A stretch of 64,000 nt of DNA from positions 430,879-494,878 of the forward strand of contig NMRA01000248.1 of the NCBI GenBank assembly GCA_002633005.1, in the 5' to 3' direction. This document shows positions 63,056 through 64,000 of the stretch, one piece after another. Position 1 is the first letter of the stretch. The number at the start of each line of letters is the position of its first letter. The stretch is from Phoronis australis. Its lineage: Eukaryota > Animalia > Phoronida. Below the pieces are notes generated by a model. It was not told the DNA's origin and ran no database searches. It was given only the letters and a program-made list of their open reading frames with translations. A program made the translations under genes and the position numbers.

Positions 63056-64000
63056 CGCCGACAGGCGGCGCGTTCCAAAACGAGGCTCGCTACGATAGTT
63101 CTGGTGGCTTATCCGCGTAGTTGTCCTCCGCGTTGCTCGAACAGCTAGAAAAAATACGGACACTGTTTTACAATCCCTAAGGACGTTGGGATTCGGAAGC
63201 GTTGTTTCCTTGCCATAAGCCGCGACGAAGGAAAATATGTCCGTGTACAATTTATTACTGTTTTCGAATAATAATTCGTCGCATCTCGGACTGGATGCCG
63301 CCATAGCAAACGTGAAGGAGGACCGGAGAATCTTTGACCAGCCTGGCTGTGTTTTCATGACTATGGGTTGAAGCGGGATGCATTTTTCTTAACAAAAAGG
63401 ACAAGGCCCCCAATCCCTTAATTTTGGGGCCAAATATCGGCCCTATTCCCCTCTCAAAAATATTGAAAAATCACGCGAAATTCCCGGCCACGAGGCCTAA
63501 AAATCCCCTTTGTGATTGAAAATTTCTCTCCAACGGTTCAAACCATCTGTGACCTCAGAGGTGACAATTGCCGCAAGCAAAATAAACCAGCAAAAGTAAC
63601 GGGAGGAAACTTGTACTGAGTTCGAGCTAGGACCGGTAGTGGACGAGGGGGGACAACACGTTCCGTTTTATTTTTTTAGTCCAACGACAGATTTTCTGAG
63701 CAGAAGGTAATACATCCTCGCAACTTCCGGGCCGCCTGCGTGCATACAATGGCGCTTTGCCCGCTTCTCCGAGGATGTCAGGCCCCCCAGTCAGAAGGCC
63801 TATATGGTATCCTAGATCAGCCACTGAAAATGCCTACTTGAGATAGAGTTATGAGAGCTTTCAAAAGAGCGGGGTGCTATTGATGGTGATCGGGAGGTCA
63901 GAGTTTTCACTGACCCGTCACTCGGCGAAACGTTCCCCTCTCAGAAGGCCGCACACACACATGTGGCACCTTTCTCTTCGGATATGAACGAGGCCTCTGA
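63056..64000 (+). repeat. Duplicated block D' (runs to the window end)
   Basis: Colinear with 56212-57207. The left TIR of the embedded MITE is deleted here. Confidence 0.9.
63113..63247 (+). pseudogene. Decayed THAP zinc-finger N-terminal fragment, copy 2
   Basis: A single frame reads PRSCPPRCSNS*KKYGHCFTIPKDVGIRKRCFLAISRDEGKYVRV. It has an in-frame stop, no ATG and no downstream C..HF. Confidence 0.6.

Overview
This is eukaryotic (animal, probably marine invertebrate) genomic DNA from a draft assembly with single-N joins and N runs, several at poly-G tracts. It is AT-rich, intron-rich and repeat-rich. Almost all entries in the six-frame ORF track are spurious. Two real spliced genes can be built by hand. 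(1) On the minus strand are the first two coding exons of an ADAMTS6/10-like secreted metalloprotease: a signal-peptide exon at 13686-13779 and a prodomain exon at 12977-13350. I found no further exon in the window, so the rest probably lies to the left. (2) On the plus strand is a complete 7-exon TRAPPC5 (Trs31) gene at 37295-47608 encoding 185 aa. Its fourth intron has U12 (minor-spliceosome) signatures and contains a small MITE. The rest of the window is mostly non-coding. It includes a MITE family with 5-bp TSDs (two filled/empty site pairs are visible) and Helentron-associated-like elements carrying periodic CTCF-like motifs. There is also a foldback element, two decayed THAP-domain fragments and a mosaic of local duplications on both sides of TRAPPC5. 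Four near-identical tandem duplications joined by a single N are probably uncollapsed haplotypes. I found no CRISPR array, rRNA or intact tRNA gene, and no intact transposase or RT ORF.
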